Position numbers and translations under genes: made by a program. From contig JAAZBX010000004.1 in the NCBI GenBank assembly GCA_012513575.1, forward strand, positions 11,481 through 75,480: a stretch of 64,000 nucleotides of DNA. Reading direction: 5' to 3'. Source of the stretch: Candidatus Dojkabacteria bacterium (GTDB lineage: Bacteria > Patescibacteriota > Dojkabacteria > SC72). The notes beneath the pieces were generated by a model. That model saw only the letters and a list, made by a program, of their open reading frames with translations. It ran no database searches and was not told the DNA's origin. Shown here one piece after another: positions 18,514-28,205 of this stretch (the first letter of the stretch is position 1; every line of letters begins with the position of its first letter).

Positions 18514-19515
18514 ATGAAAAAGAATTACAACCAATTTAAGGAGTTTATTAAGCAGTCGAAAAAAATTCTCATCCTTACACATAAAGGACCAGATGTTGAT
18601 GCTTTTTGTAGCTCTCTACTTCTGAAGCAAATTCTTCTTGAGCTTTATCCAAAAAAGAAAGTTGTTTTTAGAGCGAAACAAAATCCCTCTCTTAAGCTTC
18701 CTGGTATGAAAGAAATTGAGATTGTTAAGGAATTAAAGAGTGAAGGTTTTGACTTAATTATTCTTACAGATGCTGGAGACCTAAGTCTTTGTATAGAGGA
18801 TACTGATAACGTAGAGGATTCAATTCCTCAAATAATTATTGATCATCATGATACTTTTTTTGAAAAGAAAAAAAACACAGTATTGGTAAATGAGAATATG
18901 AGCTCAGCCACTGAACAGGTATATATGCTGTTTAGGATTCTTTACAAAAATGAATTTAAACTAAATGAAGATTCCTCTACTTTAGTGCAATATGGGATTG
19001 TAGCTGATACCGGGAGATTTCTTTACGACATCACAACCCCAAATACACACAGAGTATTTGCCGATGCTAAAAGCATTGTTGATGTTGATCTTGAAGATTT
19101 TGCATACAGAAATTCCAAATTCCCAAGAGAAGCAACACATGCAATTATTAAATACCTTGAGTCATTGAAGATAGAGAAAGATATGGCCTATATGTTTGTT
19201 GACCGAAAGGATTTAGAAGAAGATTTAGAATTAAAACAGGGTGCGAGTGAAGCTCAGGCATTTTTAAGAGATAGGTATCTCAGATTTATTCAGGGAGTAC
19301 ATTGGGGTTTTATTATTAAACCAGATATGAATACTAAGGATAGCTGGTTTGTGTCATTTAGAAGTACAAAGGGATACCAGGATGTTAGAGTAATTGCAGA
19401 AGAATTGGGTGGAGGTGGTCATACGTATGCTTCGGGAGTTTTGATAAAGGCTGATTCTATCGAAGCCCTTTTAACAAAAATATTGAATATCATTGAAAAA
19501 CACTTGAAAGCATAA
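18514..19515 (+). CDS. nrnA: DHH/DHHA1 phosphoesterase (NrnA-like oligoribonuclease / pAp phosphatase)
   Basis: HKGPDVDAFCS, DHH (IIIDHHD), GGGH (GGGGHTYASG). Confidence 0.8.
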   Translation: MKKNYNQFKEFIKQSKKILILTHKGPDVDAFCSSLLLKQILLELYPKKKVVFRAKQNPSLKLPGMKEIEIVKELKSEGFDLIILTDAGDLSLCIEDTDNVEDSIPQIIIDHHDTFFEKKKNTVLVNENMSSATEQVYMLFRILYKNEFKLNEDSSTLVQYGIVADTGRFLYDITTPNTHRVFADAKSIVDVDLEDFAYRNSKFPREATHAIIKYLESLKIEKDMAYMFVDRKDLEEDLELKQGASEAQAFLRDRYLRFIQGVHWGFIIKPDMNTKDSWFVSFRSTKGYQDVRVIAEELGGGGHTYASGVLIKADSIEALLTKILNIIEKHLKA

Positions 19516-21335
19516 TGAAAGACAAAAAGGATAAAAAAGAGGGACTTACTCCAAAAGAATTCTTTAAAACAATAGCATGGATCTTTAAGATTTATTTTAG
19601 AATCTCACCTTCAAATACTATCCTGGTTATTTTAACCCGCATTTTAAGAGACATTCGAGGACTTATTTACAGTTTTTTTTATGCAAAGATTATCGATCAA
19701 CTCATTAAGATTGCTGGAAGTGAAACGAAGGACTTTGAATCCTTAATCCCCTACCTAATTGGTCTTCTCGTTTACTTTATCTTTTCTGGATTAATAAATA
19801 ATATTAATCAATACGCATTTAGGAGCTTAAGACAATTATCAAGAGTCCAACTTGAAGAGATATTTGCCCAACACCTAAACTATTTGGGTATCCAAAATCT
19901 TGAAGACCCTGATGTTCAAAATCGTATTACCAGAGCTTCTCAGTGGCTACAAGATACCTTCCAAACATTAGTGGATACTGTGAATGTAATTTCAAATATG
20001 GTTCAGGTAATTGTATCTGGTGCAATTATTCTTTCATTCTTCCCACTTATGATTCCAATACTTTTAGTGTCTACGGTAATCAAATTCTTCCCTGATCAAC
20101 ATTTCATGAAGAAAGATTTTCATTGGCAAGTTGATAATTCCGAAAAAAGAAGAATCGCTTGGTCTAGTATTAATGTTGTACAGAGTTCAAGCGATCTACA
20201 AGAAATTAGCATTGTCGGAGGGTATAAATATTTCCAAGACAAGTTTCATTCTTTTTTTGACTGGTTTAACAGTGGTCTTTTAAAAATATATAAACAGAGA
20301 GAGATAGCTAATTTTTTTCTAGTTACTTTTGATTCTATTCTCTCCGTATTCGGATATGCGGTAATATTTTACAAACATATAATGGGACAATTCACATTGG
20401 GTACCGCATCATTTCAAATGCGTTCTCTAGACTCATTCTCGGGGGCATTGGACAGTATGTTGTCATCAATTACCCTAATGAATGAATTCTCCGTAAAGAT
20501 GAAGGATCTAATTACTCTTTTTGAGATGAAACCTGTAATTAAAGATGGCGACATTAAGTTACCATATCTTGATACTCCACCGACTATTGAATTTAAAAAT
20601 GTTTGGTTTAAATATCCAAAGGCGAACAAATATGTGTTTAAGAATTTAAGTTTTAAAATAGAGAGTGGAGAAGAAGTTGCACTGGTGGGTCACAATGGAG
20701 CAGGAAAAACAACCATTGTTAAACTCCTTGCAAGAATTTACCCTGTAACCAAAGGTCAGATATTGATAAACGGAATTGATATAAACAAATTGGCTATAGA
20801 TGATTGGTATAAAAACCTGGGAGTTCTTTTTCAGGACTTCAACTTTTATTCACATCTCTCAGTTAAAGAAAATATCCATCTTGGGAAACCAACAAAAACA
20901 GCTGATGACAAAGAAATCATTGAGGCTGCGAGAAAGGCAGATGCTCACAATTTCATTATGGAATATAAGGACAAATATGACCAAATAATGTCTGAAAAGA
21001 TAGAAGGAGGTATAAGGCCTAGTTCTGGACAAGCTCAAAAAATTGCAATAGCTAGATTCTTCTACAGAAATGCTCCACTTGCTATCTTTGATGAGCCCAC
21101 AGCAGCCATTGATGCTATATCCGAATACAAAATATTCAATACTATTTATAATTTCTTTGAAAATAAAACTGTTGTAATAATATCCCACAGGTTTAGCACA
21201 GTAAGGAATGCAGACAGAATAATTGTCCTAGATAAAGGAAAAATTGTTGAGGAAGGAACTCACAAGCAATTACTAACTAAAAGAAATGGAATTTATCGAA
21301 AGTCATACAGATTACAGGCAGAGGGATATAAATAA
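19515..21335 (+). CDS. ABC exporter, fused permease plus ATPase half-transporter (MsbA/type I exporter-like)
   Basis: 6 N-terminal TM helices. Walker A GHNGAGKTT, signature SSGQAQKIAIAR, Walker B IFDEPTAAID. Its start overlaps the nrnA stop. Confidence 0.85.
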   Translation: MKDKKDKKEGLTPKEFFKTIAWIFKIYFRISPSNTILVILTRILRDIRGLIYSFFYAKIIDQLIKIAGSETKDFESLIPYLIGLLVYFIFSGLINNINQYAFRSLRQLSRVQLEEIFAQHLNYLGIQNLEDPDVQNRITRASQWLQDTFQTLVDTVNVISNMVQVIVSGAIILSFFPLMIPILLVSTVIKFFPDQHFMKKDFHWQVDNSEKRRIAWSSINVVQSSSDLQEISIVGGYKYFQDKFHSFFDWFNSGLLKIYKQREIANFFLVTFDSILSVFGYAVIFYKHIMGQFTLGTASFQMRSLDSFSGALDSMLSSITLMNEFSVKMKDLITLFEMKPVIKDGDIKLPYLDTPPTIEFKNVWFKYPKANKYVFKNLSFKIESGEEVALVGHNGAGKTTIVKLLARIYPVTKGQILINGIDINKLAIDDWYKNLGVLFQDFNFYSHLSVKENIHLGKPTKTADDKEIIEAARKADAHNFIMEYKDKYDQIMSEKIEGGIRPSSGQAQKIAIARFFYRNAPLAIFDEPTAAIDAISEYKIFNTIYNFFENKTVVIISHRFSTVRNADRIIVLDKGKIVEEGTHKQLLTKRNGIYRKSYRLQAEGYK

Positions 21336-21339
21336 TTAA

Positions 21340-22152
21340 TTAACTACTTGCACTTGAATATTTCTTTACATTCCATCTCCAAACAAGTTTTGCGAGCAGT
21401 AAAATGAATAGACCTATACCCAAACTAATGACAAGATATCCATACCCTATTTCACCTCTGATAATATTTGCAGGGATAGTAGTAAGGAAAGCTATTGGTA
21501 GAACTGTATAGAAAATCGCTTTTAAGTTGTCTCCAAAAACATCAATTGGATATTTCGTCAGACCTAATAATTCTTTAGCAATTGAGAGAACTCCATTCCT
21601 AGGATTAGAGATAGTAAAACTTGCGAAGAACAGATAGATTGAGTACCAAATTAATAATGAGATAAAAATAGCAACTAATCCAACCAGAATATTAATTAAA
21701 GAAATATTTCCAAATTCAGCAATAATGTAGTAAAAGATTAGTGTTAACCCTGATAAAGCAGTAATAAAATTGTTAATAAAGAAATCGGAGAAAGATGCAT
21801 ACCATGATGAGGATAGAGGTTTAAGTAAAATATAATCAAATTTACCATCTAAAACCTTTGATTCTAGATATAACAAATTCGTTGAGAATAGTGACCAACC
21901 CAAATAATTAAGAAGATTCCATATACCAACAACTAAATATGCTTCCGATTTACTCCACCCCACATAAAGCTCCTTATCACCAAATAGTATACTTAGAAAA
22001 AATATTTGTATTCCTAACACTAATATTGTTCTTAAGACCCTAACGAGAACATCGGTTTTGTATAGATAACTTCGTTTAAGGCCACCTCTTACAACCTGTC
22101 TCCAAACTTTAAAATAGTATATTATATTTCTCCTAGATTCCTTCGGCTTCAT
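21340..22152 (-). CDS. ABC-2 family transporter permease (PF06182-like)
   Basis: 6 TM. The N-terminus (YYFKVWRQVVRGGLKRSYLYKTDVLVRVL) has the typical ABC-2 permease pattern. The start is uncertain; the track ORF extends to 22194. Confidence 0.55.
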   Translation of the reverse strand: MKPKESRRNIIYYFKVWRQVVRGGLKRSYLYKTDVLVRVLRTILVLGIQIFFLSILFGDKELYVGWSKSEAYLVVGIWNLLNYLGWSLFSTNLLYLESKVLDGKFDYILLKPLSSSWYASFSDFFINNFITALSGLTLIFYYIIAEFGNISLINILVGLVAIFISLLIWYSIYLFFASFTISNPRNGVLSIAKELLGLTKYPIDVFGDNLKAIFYTVLPIAFLTTIPANIIRGEIGYGYLVISLGIGLFILLLAKLVWRWNVKKYSSASS

Positions 22153-22945
22153 ACTTTTTAATGGCTTTCTTGTAAATAATCTTATACAACACAAATAGGA
22201 TTAATAACCATATAAAACCCAAAATAAATCCCTGCTCTTTTTCATAATCATTTACTCTCCCAATAATTAATTCTACTGGAAATGACAAAGTATACCTGAA
22301 TGGTAATACTTCAAAGAGGAATTTTCCTATTTCTGGAAGAAAAATTGAGGGTACAAATTCTCCTGACAAAAGTGATGCAATATTGTAATAAAGAATTCTT
22401 ATCCCATCCATTTCTTTGATTTTAAAAGAAAACAAACAAACTATGTTTCCTAACAAAAAAGAAATTCCAAATCCAAGAATAATAGCTATCAGTGAGAGGA
22501 AGATCAGATAGGGGTTGAAATCTACTATCCAAAGATTATTTATTCTCGCGAAGTATATTGCTCCAATAAAAGAGGGAAGAAAAAGTACTATCCTCAAAAT
22601 ATTACCTCCTATATTAGTCCCTAGATACTCAAGAAGATAGCTATATGGTTTAACCAAAAAATTCGAAAATCTCCCATCAAGTATATTTCTAATTCCGTGT
22701 TCAAGAGTAAAGTCAGAAGTAAATTTACTAACAAACATAATTAAAATGTAGTAGGAAACAATATATTCTTGATTACCTATTCCCTTTGTATTTGATGCTG
22801 CAAGCCAAATAAAACAAAGACCTACTATCTTAATTGCGTCAGCAATTATCCATGCCAGCATCTGCCCTTTGTATTGAGATTCTCTTTTAAAATACATCTG
22901 TATTTCTCTACTTAGTATCTTTTTGTTTTGTTTCCTGTCTTTCAT
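22133..22945 (-). CDS. ABC-2 family transporter permease (PF06182-like), paralogous to the downstream gene
   Basis: 6 TM. N-terminal LSREIQMYFKRESQYKGQMLAWIIADAIKIVGL. Overlaps its neighbours. Confidence 0.55.
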   Translation of the reverse strand: MKDRKQNKKILSREIQMYFKRESQYKGQMLAWIIADAIKIVGLCFIWLAASNTKGIGNQEYIVSYYILIMFVSKFTSDFTLEHGIRNILDGRFSNFLVKPYSYLLEYLGTNIGGNILRIVLFLPSFIGAIYFARINNLWIVDFNPYLIFLSLIAIILGFGISFLLGNIVCLFSFKIKEMDGIRILYYNIASLLSGEFVPSIFLPEIGKFLFEVLPFRYTLSFPVELIIGRVNDYEKEQGFILGFIWLLILFVLYKIIYKKAIKKYEAEGI

Positions 22946-23282
22946 TTTCTAGCTGTTTTACTTTCCACATAAATAATTTGAACTTATTCTGAGCATTAGG
23001 GTAATCAGAAACAAATCTCAAAGCAGTTTCAAGTATTGCTCTGGGTTTAGTTTTTGCCCATTTAATATACATTGTTATCCTTTTCTTATCGTCTAATTTC
23101 CCAGCTATTCTTAATCCAAACCTTTGATATTCTGTTGTTACATACTTCCCCTTGTCTCCAAATATTTTCTTAGGATTTGTTTGTAATAGGTTTACATCAA
23201 AAAGCTCTTGTTGAGAATCTTTCTTTTTTTCTTGGGGAATATTTGTTTTTAACTGAGAGAGAATATCCTTTACTGAGTCCAT
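22908..23282 (-). CDS. hypothetical basic protein (124 aa) between lysS and the ABC-2 permeases
   Basis: ORF only. K-rich, no motif. Confidence 0.4.
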   Translation of the reverse strand: MDSVKDILSQLKTNIPQEKKKDSQQELFDVNLLQTNPKKIFGDKGKYVTTEYQRFGLRIAGKLDDKKRITMYIKWAKTKPRAILETALRFVSDYPNAQNKFKLFMWKVKQLENERQETKQKDTK

Positions 23283-23318
23283 ACCATGAGTATATCACCT
23301 AAGGTATACGATTCTCTA

Positions 23319-24848
23319 TCACTTCTTCTTTTTTTCAAACTTCACTCTCCCCTTGTATATCTCCTTTGTGGAATTCTCTGTCTCATGTCTCATCTGTGGG
23401 AAGAAAGTCCCCTCTCTTGCTGTAACATTTTCCATAAACCAAAATACTCTTTCGCTATGTCCATATCCACTTACAGGAGGCATCCCATACTCCAACATTT
23501 CTACAAAATCAATATCTAACATATGTGCCTCATCATCTCCTCCCTCTCTAAGTTTCTGCTGGTCTAAAAATCTTTCCAATTGATCCTGTGGGTCATTAAT
23601 CTCAGAGTATCCATTACCCAATTCACTTCCTGCAATAATTACCTGAAATCTCTGTGTCAATTCCTTATTATCTTCATGGGATTTTGCTAAGGGAGAAATG
23701 AATTTTGGTTGATTAACTAAAAAGGCCGGTCCAGATATTGTCGCCCTTATACTTTTCCAAAGAGTATCTATCATCCTATTTCTGTTCACCTCACCACCCA
23801 TTTCAATATTCTTTTCCTTAATTACTTTTAATATCTTCTCATCACTATCATTAAAGATATCAATATCAAAATGCTCCTTCATCAAATTAGAGTAATCTAG
23901 CTCTTCCCATTCATCTGCCAAATCATACTTATGTCCTCTTGTTTCAAAATCAGTTTTTCCATAGACTTTTCTTGCAATCTCTAAAAACAAATTTTTAACT
24001 AATTTCATATTGTCTTTGTAATCCGCATATGCCCAATACCACTCAATATCGTAGAATTCTTGAAGATGCTCGTCGTCCATACCCTCATTTCGGAAATGTG
24101 GTCCGAAGGTATATATCTTCTCAAATCCTCCACCAATTAATCTCTTCTGGTATAGTTCAGTAGAAATTCTAAGATAGAAATCTTGATCCAAAGCATTATG
24201 ATGTGTGATAAAAGGCTTTGCATCTGCCCCACCAGTTACTGCTTCCATGATAGGTACTTCCACTTCCATAAAGCCTTCCTTTTTTAAAAATTCCCTTTGT
24301 ACTTGCCAAAATTTCGATTTTCTTTCAAACATCCTTACAGATTCGGGATGAATAACCAAGTCTAAATACCTTCTTCTGTACCTTTGCTCCTTATTTTCCA
24401 ACTCTCTTGGTATTGGGCGGATTGCCTTAGTAAGCAACCTCACATTCTTTACCATCAATGAAACCTGCCCAGTCTTCGTTTTACCAACTACTCCGTATGC
24501 TTCTATAAAATCTCCAATGTCTAACAATTGAAGATTATCCCAACCTAAATATCCATTTTTCAAATCCTTAACTAAATCATCTTTTCTAATCATCAATTGG
24601 ATACTTCCAGTTTGTTCAAGGATATTTGCAAAAATTAGCTTTCCATGCTCTCTCCAAGCAATTAATCTTCCGGCCAATACTGTTTCATCCCCATCAAACT
24701 TCTCAAAATCCTCTAAAACATCTCCAATACTGTCTTTTCGAAAGGATTTTGATGGATATGGATTAATTCCAAGTTTAACAAGCTGTTGTAATTTTTGAAT
24801 TCTTAAATCTCTTTGACCAACAAGATCGCTAGTTACCTTCTCTTCCAT
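23319..24848 (-). CDS. lysS: lysyl-tRNA synthetase, class II
   Basis: N-terminal OB anticodon-binding domain. Class II motifs (FRNEG, GGGFEKIY..., GxGxGxxR-like). Confidence 0.9.
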   Translation of the reverse strand: MEEKVTSDLVGQRDLRIQKLQQLVKLGINPYPSKSFRKDSIGDVLEDFEKFDGDETVLAGRLIAWREHGKLIFANILEQTGSIQLMIRKDDLVKDLKNGYLGWDNLQLLDIGDFIEAYGVVGKTKTGQVSLMVKNVRLLTKAIRPIPRELENKEQRYRRRYLDLVIHPESVRMFERKSKFWQVQREFLKKEGFMEVEVPIMEAVTGGADAKPFITHHNALDQDFYLRISTELYQKRLIGGGFEKIYTFGPHFRNEGMDDEHLQEFYDIEWYWAYADYKDNMKLVKNLFLEIARKVYGKTDFETRGHKYDLADEWEELDYSNLMKEHFDIDIFNDSDEKILKVIKEKNIEMGGEVNRNRMIDTLWKSIRATISGPAFLVNQPKFISPLAKSHEDNKELTQRFQVIIAGSELGNGYSEINDPQDQLERFLDQQKLREGGDDEAHMLDIDFVEMLEYGMPPVSGYGHSERVFWFMENVTAREGTFFPQMRHETENSTKEIYKGRVKFEKKKK

Positions 24849-24906
24849 AAGGATAGTAATGATATTAAAGTTACATGATTATATCACAAACAGTTTGAAT
24901 AACTCT

Positions 24907-25923
24907 CTACTCATGAATAAGGACTATATCTCCTTTTTCGAAATTCTCATAAAGGTACTTCGCATCTGCAACTACCATTCTAATACATCCTGTACTTTTC
25001 CTTTGTCCAATATTTGTTTCTGGCTCTATCCATCTTCCTCCATCTTCAGTTTTCATCCAAATCAAACCGTGTAGTCCATACCAGGAATTTTGCTTTTTAC
25101 TGTAGTAAAAAGCCATCCAGTACGGCATATATTTTCCTCCAGGAGCAATTGGTTCCATTCCTTTATCAACGATTGGGAACACTCCATATACTTGCCAACC
25201 ATACTTAGGACCAGAAAGTAATATTTCCTTCTCAATTTTCCCACCCTTCCAGACATACAATCTCTGTTGAGAGTTATCTACTTCAATATATTTTTGTGCA
25301 TATTTACCATCTGTACCAGCAGTAATTTTATAATCTAAATCAATCCAAATGTTGTTAAAATTACTTATAAACGAGCTGTTTACTTTGTCATAAATATTGG
25401 AGTAGTTAATTTCTTCATCAGCTAATTTGGATACAAACTCACCTTTACTGCTTTTTACAACAACTGTTTGTCCATATTTTTCTTGGAAAAATGGTTTAAT
25501 TTTCTCCTCTAGATACTTTTCAAATCTTTCTTTGTCTAAAGCACCATTTTCAATCATTGGCTGAACCTCTTCATCGTAGATATAGTAACAAAGTTTGTCT
25601 TTGCATATATTTATCGTATACACAGGAGAACCAATAGCCAGTTTTGAGACGCCCTTAACTTCTTGCTCTGCACTTTTCTCTTCTTCCAAAACTGTATCAA
25701 TTTCTGTTTTCTCTTCTACTTTAACCTCTTCTGTTTGAACTCCAAGTATTTCGCTTGTTGATACAGGAGTCTTAGTTTTGCCATAGGTTAGTACTATTAC
25801 AGGGATAGCAATTATCCATATTCCTAGAACAGCAAATAGCAACCAAGAGGGAATAACAAATTCGTTTTTTTGATTTTGTTCTTGCATATATATAAATATA
25901 TTAGAATTAATTGAATATGGCAA
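24907..25923 (-). CDS. L,D-transpeptidase (YkuD domain) with an N-terminal membrane anchor
   Basis: C-terminal catalytic block ...HGL...STGCIRMVVADAKYLYE (H...S.GC[IV]R). Confidence 0.75.
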   Translation of the reverse strand: MPYSINSNIFIYMQEQNQKNEFVIPSWLLFAVLGIWIIAIPVIVLTYGKTKTPVSTSEILGVQTEEVKVEEKTEIDTVLEEEKSAEQEVKGVSKLAIGSPVYTINICKDKLCYYIYDEEVQPMIENGALDKERFEKYLEEKIKPFFQEKYGQTVVVKSSKGEFVSKLADEEINYSNIYDKVNSSFISNFNNIWIDLDYKITAGTDGKYAQKYIEVDNSQQRLYVWKGGKIEKEILLSGPKYGWQVYGVFPIVDKGMEPIAPGGKYMPYWMAFYYSKKQNSWYGLHGLIWMKTEDGGRWIEPETNIGQRKSTGCIRMVVADAKYLYENFEKGDIVLIHE

Positions 25924-25998
25924 TCTTTTAAATAGATAATTCGCGAGAACCTTGATATAATGGCAGAATAGTTCACATGCCTCAGAAAAGAATCATAG

Positions 25999-26874
25999 AT
26001 GGAAGATACCAGTTTAGAATCAAATGAATATCAAGAGATAGAAGAAATCCCAGAGTTTTTTCAACCTGGATATGTTGAAAGAGTTGTTGATGCACTACCA
26101 TATTACTTCCCTAATTACCTTAAAGAAAGACTGAAGAGAGAACATCCTGATATACCTGTGACAACGAAAGAATCGAATAAGGGGGGAAGGGAATTACTCT
26201 ACCTGGATAGATTTATTCCCTATTATCGAGGAGCCCACCATCTTAACGAGATACTCGCCGAGAGTCTTACTTTATCTATACTTACAGAAATTAACGATTT
26301 TACAAAGACTAATACTCCATATATTGAGAATCTGTTTGAGCCTTTCCTCTCCGATTTTGGGAGAAACAACACAACATTTGAACTTATTCAACATATGCAA
26401 GTTGCTATGCTAAGTGGTGATTTTAGACAAACGAATAGATTCTTAAAAGAAAACTACCATATATCCCTTTATCAGGTCCTCTCATATTTAGATGCAAAAA
26501 TAAAAGACAAGATTTATCTATCCCAACAAAATGAGAAGGACAAATCTGTCGTGGTAGGGAGTTTTTATCCCTATGAGGGGAAAATATACATCAACCCATT
26601 ATATCAAGAGAATTTATCTTTGTGCTGGAAAATAGTAAACATCTCAAAAGTAAGCCTTAAGCTTGCCAGATTGAATTTCGCCTGGAAGGAAGCAAAAAGA
26701 GAAAGGGAAGAAATTCAACAATATGAGGAAGAAAAGAAAAAAGAGTATGCAACCATCGCTGGTATTGGCATACACGAGACAATACATTACCTATCATACG
26801 ATTCTCGAGAAGGAAGACTCGGATTTGCCTTTAATAATCAATCTGACCTATACAGACTCTCTAAAACCTACTAA
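25999..26874 (+). CDS. hypothetical protein with an HExxH motif (possible zinc metallopeptidase)
   Basis: GIGIHETIHYLS near the C-terminus. No other family signature. No signal peptide. Confidence 0.35.
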   Translation: MEDTSLESNEYQEIEEIPEFFQPGYVERVVDALPYYFPNYLKERLKREHPDIPVTTKESNKGGRELLYLDRFIPYYRGAHHLNEILAESLTLSILTEINDFTKTNTPYIENLFEPFLSDFGRNNTTFELIQHMQVAMLSGDFRQTNRFLKENYHISLYQVLSYLDAKIKDKIYLSQQNEKDKSVVVGSFYPYEGKIYINPLYQENLSLCWKIVNISKVSLKLARLNFAWKEAKREREEIQQYEEEKKKEYATIAGIGIHETIHYLSYDSREGRLGFAFNNQSDLYRLSKTY

Positions 26875-26909
26875 TACCCAAACTCTAAATATTCATATAT
26901 AATCAAAAC

Positions 26910-28205
26910 ATGGGAAATCAAAAATTACTAGAAAATGTAGTAGCTCTTTCTAAAAGAAGAGGAATAATATATCAAAATTCAGAAATCTATGGTGGAATAG
27001 GCGGTTTCTACGATTACGGACCCGTTGGTGTTGAAATGTTAAACAATCTCAAAAGATACTGGTGGAAAGATATTGTGGATAAAAGAGAAAATGTTGTAGG
27101 AATTGATGGTTCAATAATTACACATCCCAAAGTTTGGGAGGCATCAGGGCATGTACAGAATTTTGGAGACGAAGTTGTCGAGTGTAAAAAATGTCATCAA
27201 AGATTTAGGCCAGAAGATATTGATAAAAAGTGCCCAAACTGTGGTGGTACTGAGTTTACAGAACCAAGATCTTACAATCTTCTTTTTCAAACTGAAATTG
27301 GAGTAATAGATGGATCAAAGATGAAAGCATATTTAAGAGGAGAAGCATGCCAAAATATCTATCTTGATTACAAAAACGTATTAGATAGTACAAGACAGCA
27401 ATTACCCTTTGGTATTGCACAAATAGGGAAAGCTTTTAGAAATGAAGTCACTCCAGGGAAATTCACATTTAGAACTAGGGAATTCGAACAGTGGGACTTA
27501 CAATTCTTTACAAATCCAAAAGAGATGACCAAATGGTTTGAGTATTGGAAAGAAGAAAGGATGAAATTCTACAAATCTCTTTACAACAAAAAAGAGAATC
27601 TTAGATTCTATCAGCATCCAAAGGAGAAGTTGGCCTTCTATGCTAAAGATGCATACGATATTGAATACCTTGCTCCTTGGGGCTGGGCAGAGAATGAAGG
27701 AATCCATTGGAGAGGTGATTATGATTTATCCCAACATATGAAGTTCTCTGGCGCTGATTTGACATACAGAGACCCAATTACAAATGAAAGCTTTATACCA
27801 AATATCGTTGAAACATCTGGAGGATTAACAAGAACATTTCTCTACCTTCTTTTGGATGCGTATGAGGAAGAAGATTTGGGGAATGGAAATACTCGAGTAG
27901 TACTCAAAATTCATAAGGATATTGCCGCTTACAAAGCAGCAATATTCCCACTTGTTGGGAACAAGGAGGAAATAGTGAACAAAGCCAGAGATATATTTGG
28001 AATGCTTACAGACTCATACAAAGTAGTTTGGGATGGAAGAGGAAATATTGGAAAAAGATACAGATACCAAGACGAAATTGGAACTCCATACTGCATTACC
28101 ATTGATTACGAAACCCTAGAAAACAATACTGTTACTGTCAGAGACAGAGACACAATGAAACAACAAAGAGTAAAGATAGAAGATTTAGATGAAGTAATTA
28201 GTTAA
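26910..28205 (+). CDS. glyQS: glycyl-tRNA synthetase, alpha2 (archaeal/eukaryal-like) type
   Basis: IYQNSEIYGGIGGFYDYGPVG is the hallmark N-terminus of alpha2 GlyRS. Inserted Zn-ribbon-like CKKCHQRF...CPNCGG. Confidence 0.85.
   Translation: MGNQKLLENVVALSKRRGIIYQNSEIYGGIGGFYDYGPVGVEMLNNLKRYWWKDIVDKRENVVGIDGSIITHPKVWEASGHVQNFGDEVVECKKCHQRFRPEDIDKKCPNCGGTEFTEPRSYNLLFQTEIGVIDGSKMKAYLRGEACQNIYLDYKNVLDSTRQQLPFGIAQIGKAFRNEVTPGKFTFRTREFEQWDLQFFTNPKEMTKWFEYWKEERMKFYKSLYNKKENLRFYQHPKEKLAFYAKDAYDIEYLAPWGWAENEGIHWRGDYDLSQHMKFSGADLTYRDPITNESFIPNIVETSGGLTRTFLYLLLDAYEEEDLGNGNTRVVLKIHKDIAAYKAAIFPLVGNKEEIVNKARDIFGMLTDSYKVVWDGRGNIGKRYRYQDEIGTPYCITIDYETLENNTVTVRDRDTMKQQRVKIEDLDEVIS

Noticed and set aside
24849-26909. 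T-box or other leader riboswitches upstream of lysS, glyQS and serS
   Set aside because: The upstream spacers are only 35-65 nt, too short for a T-box, and lack the conserved T-box sequence.
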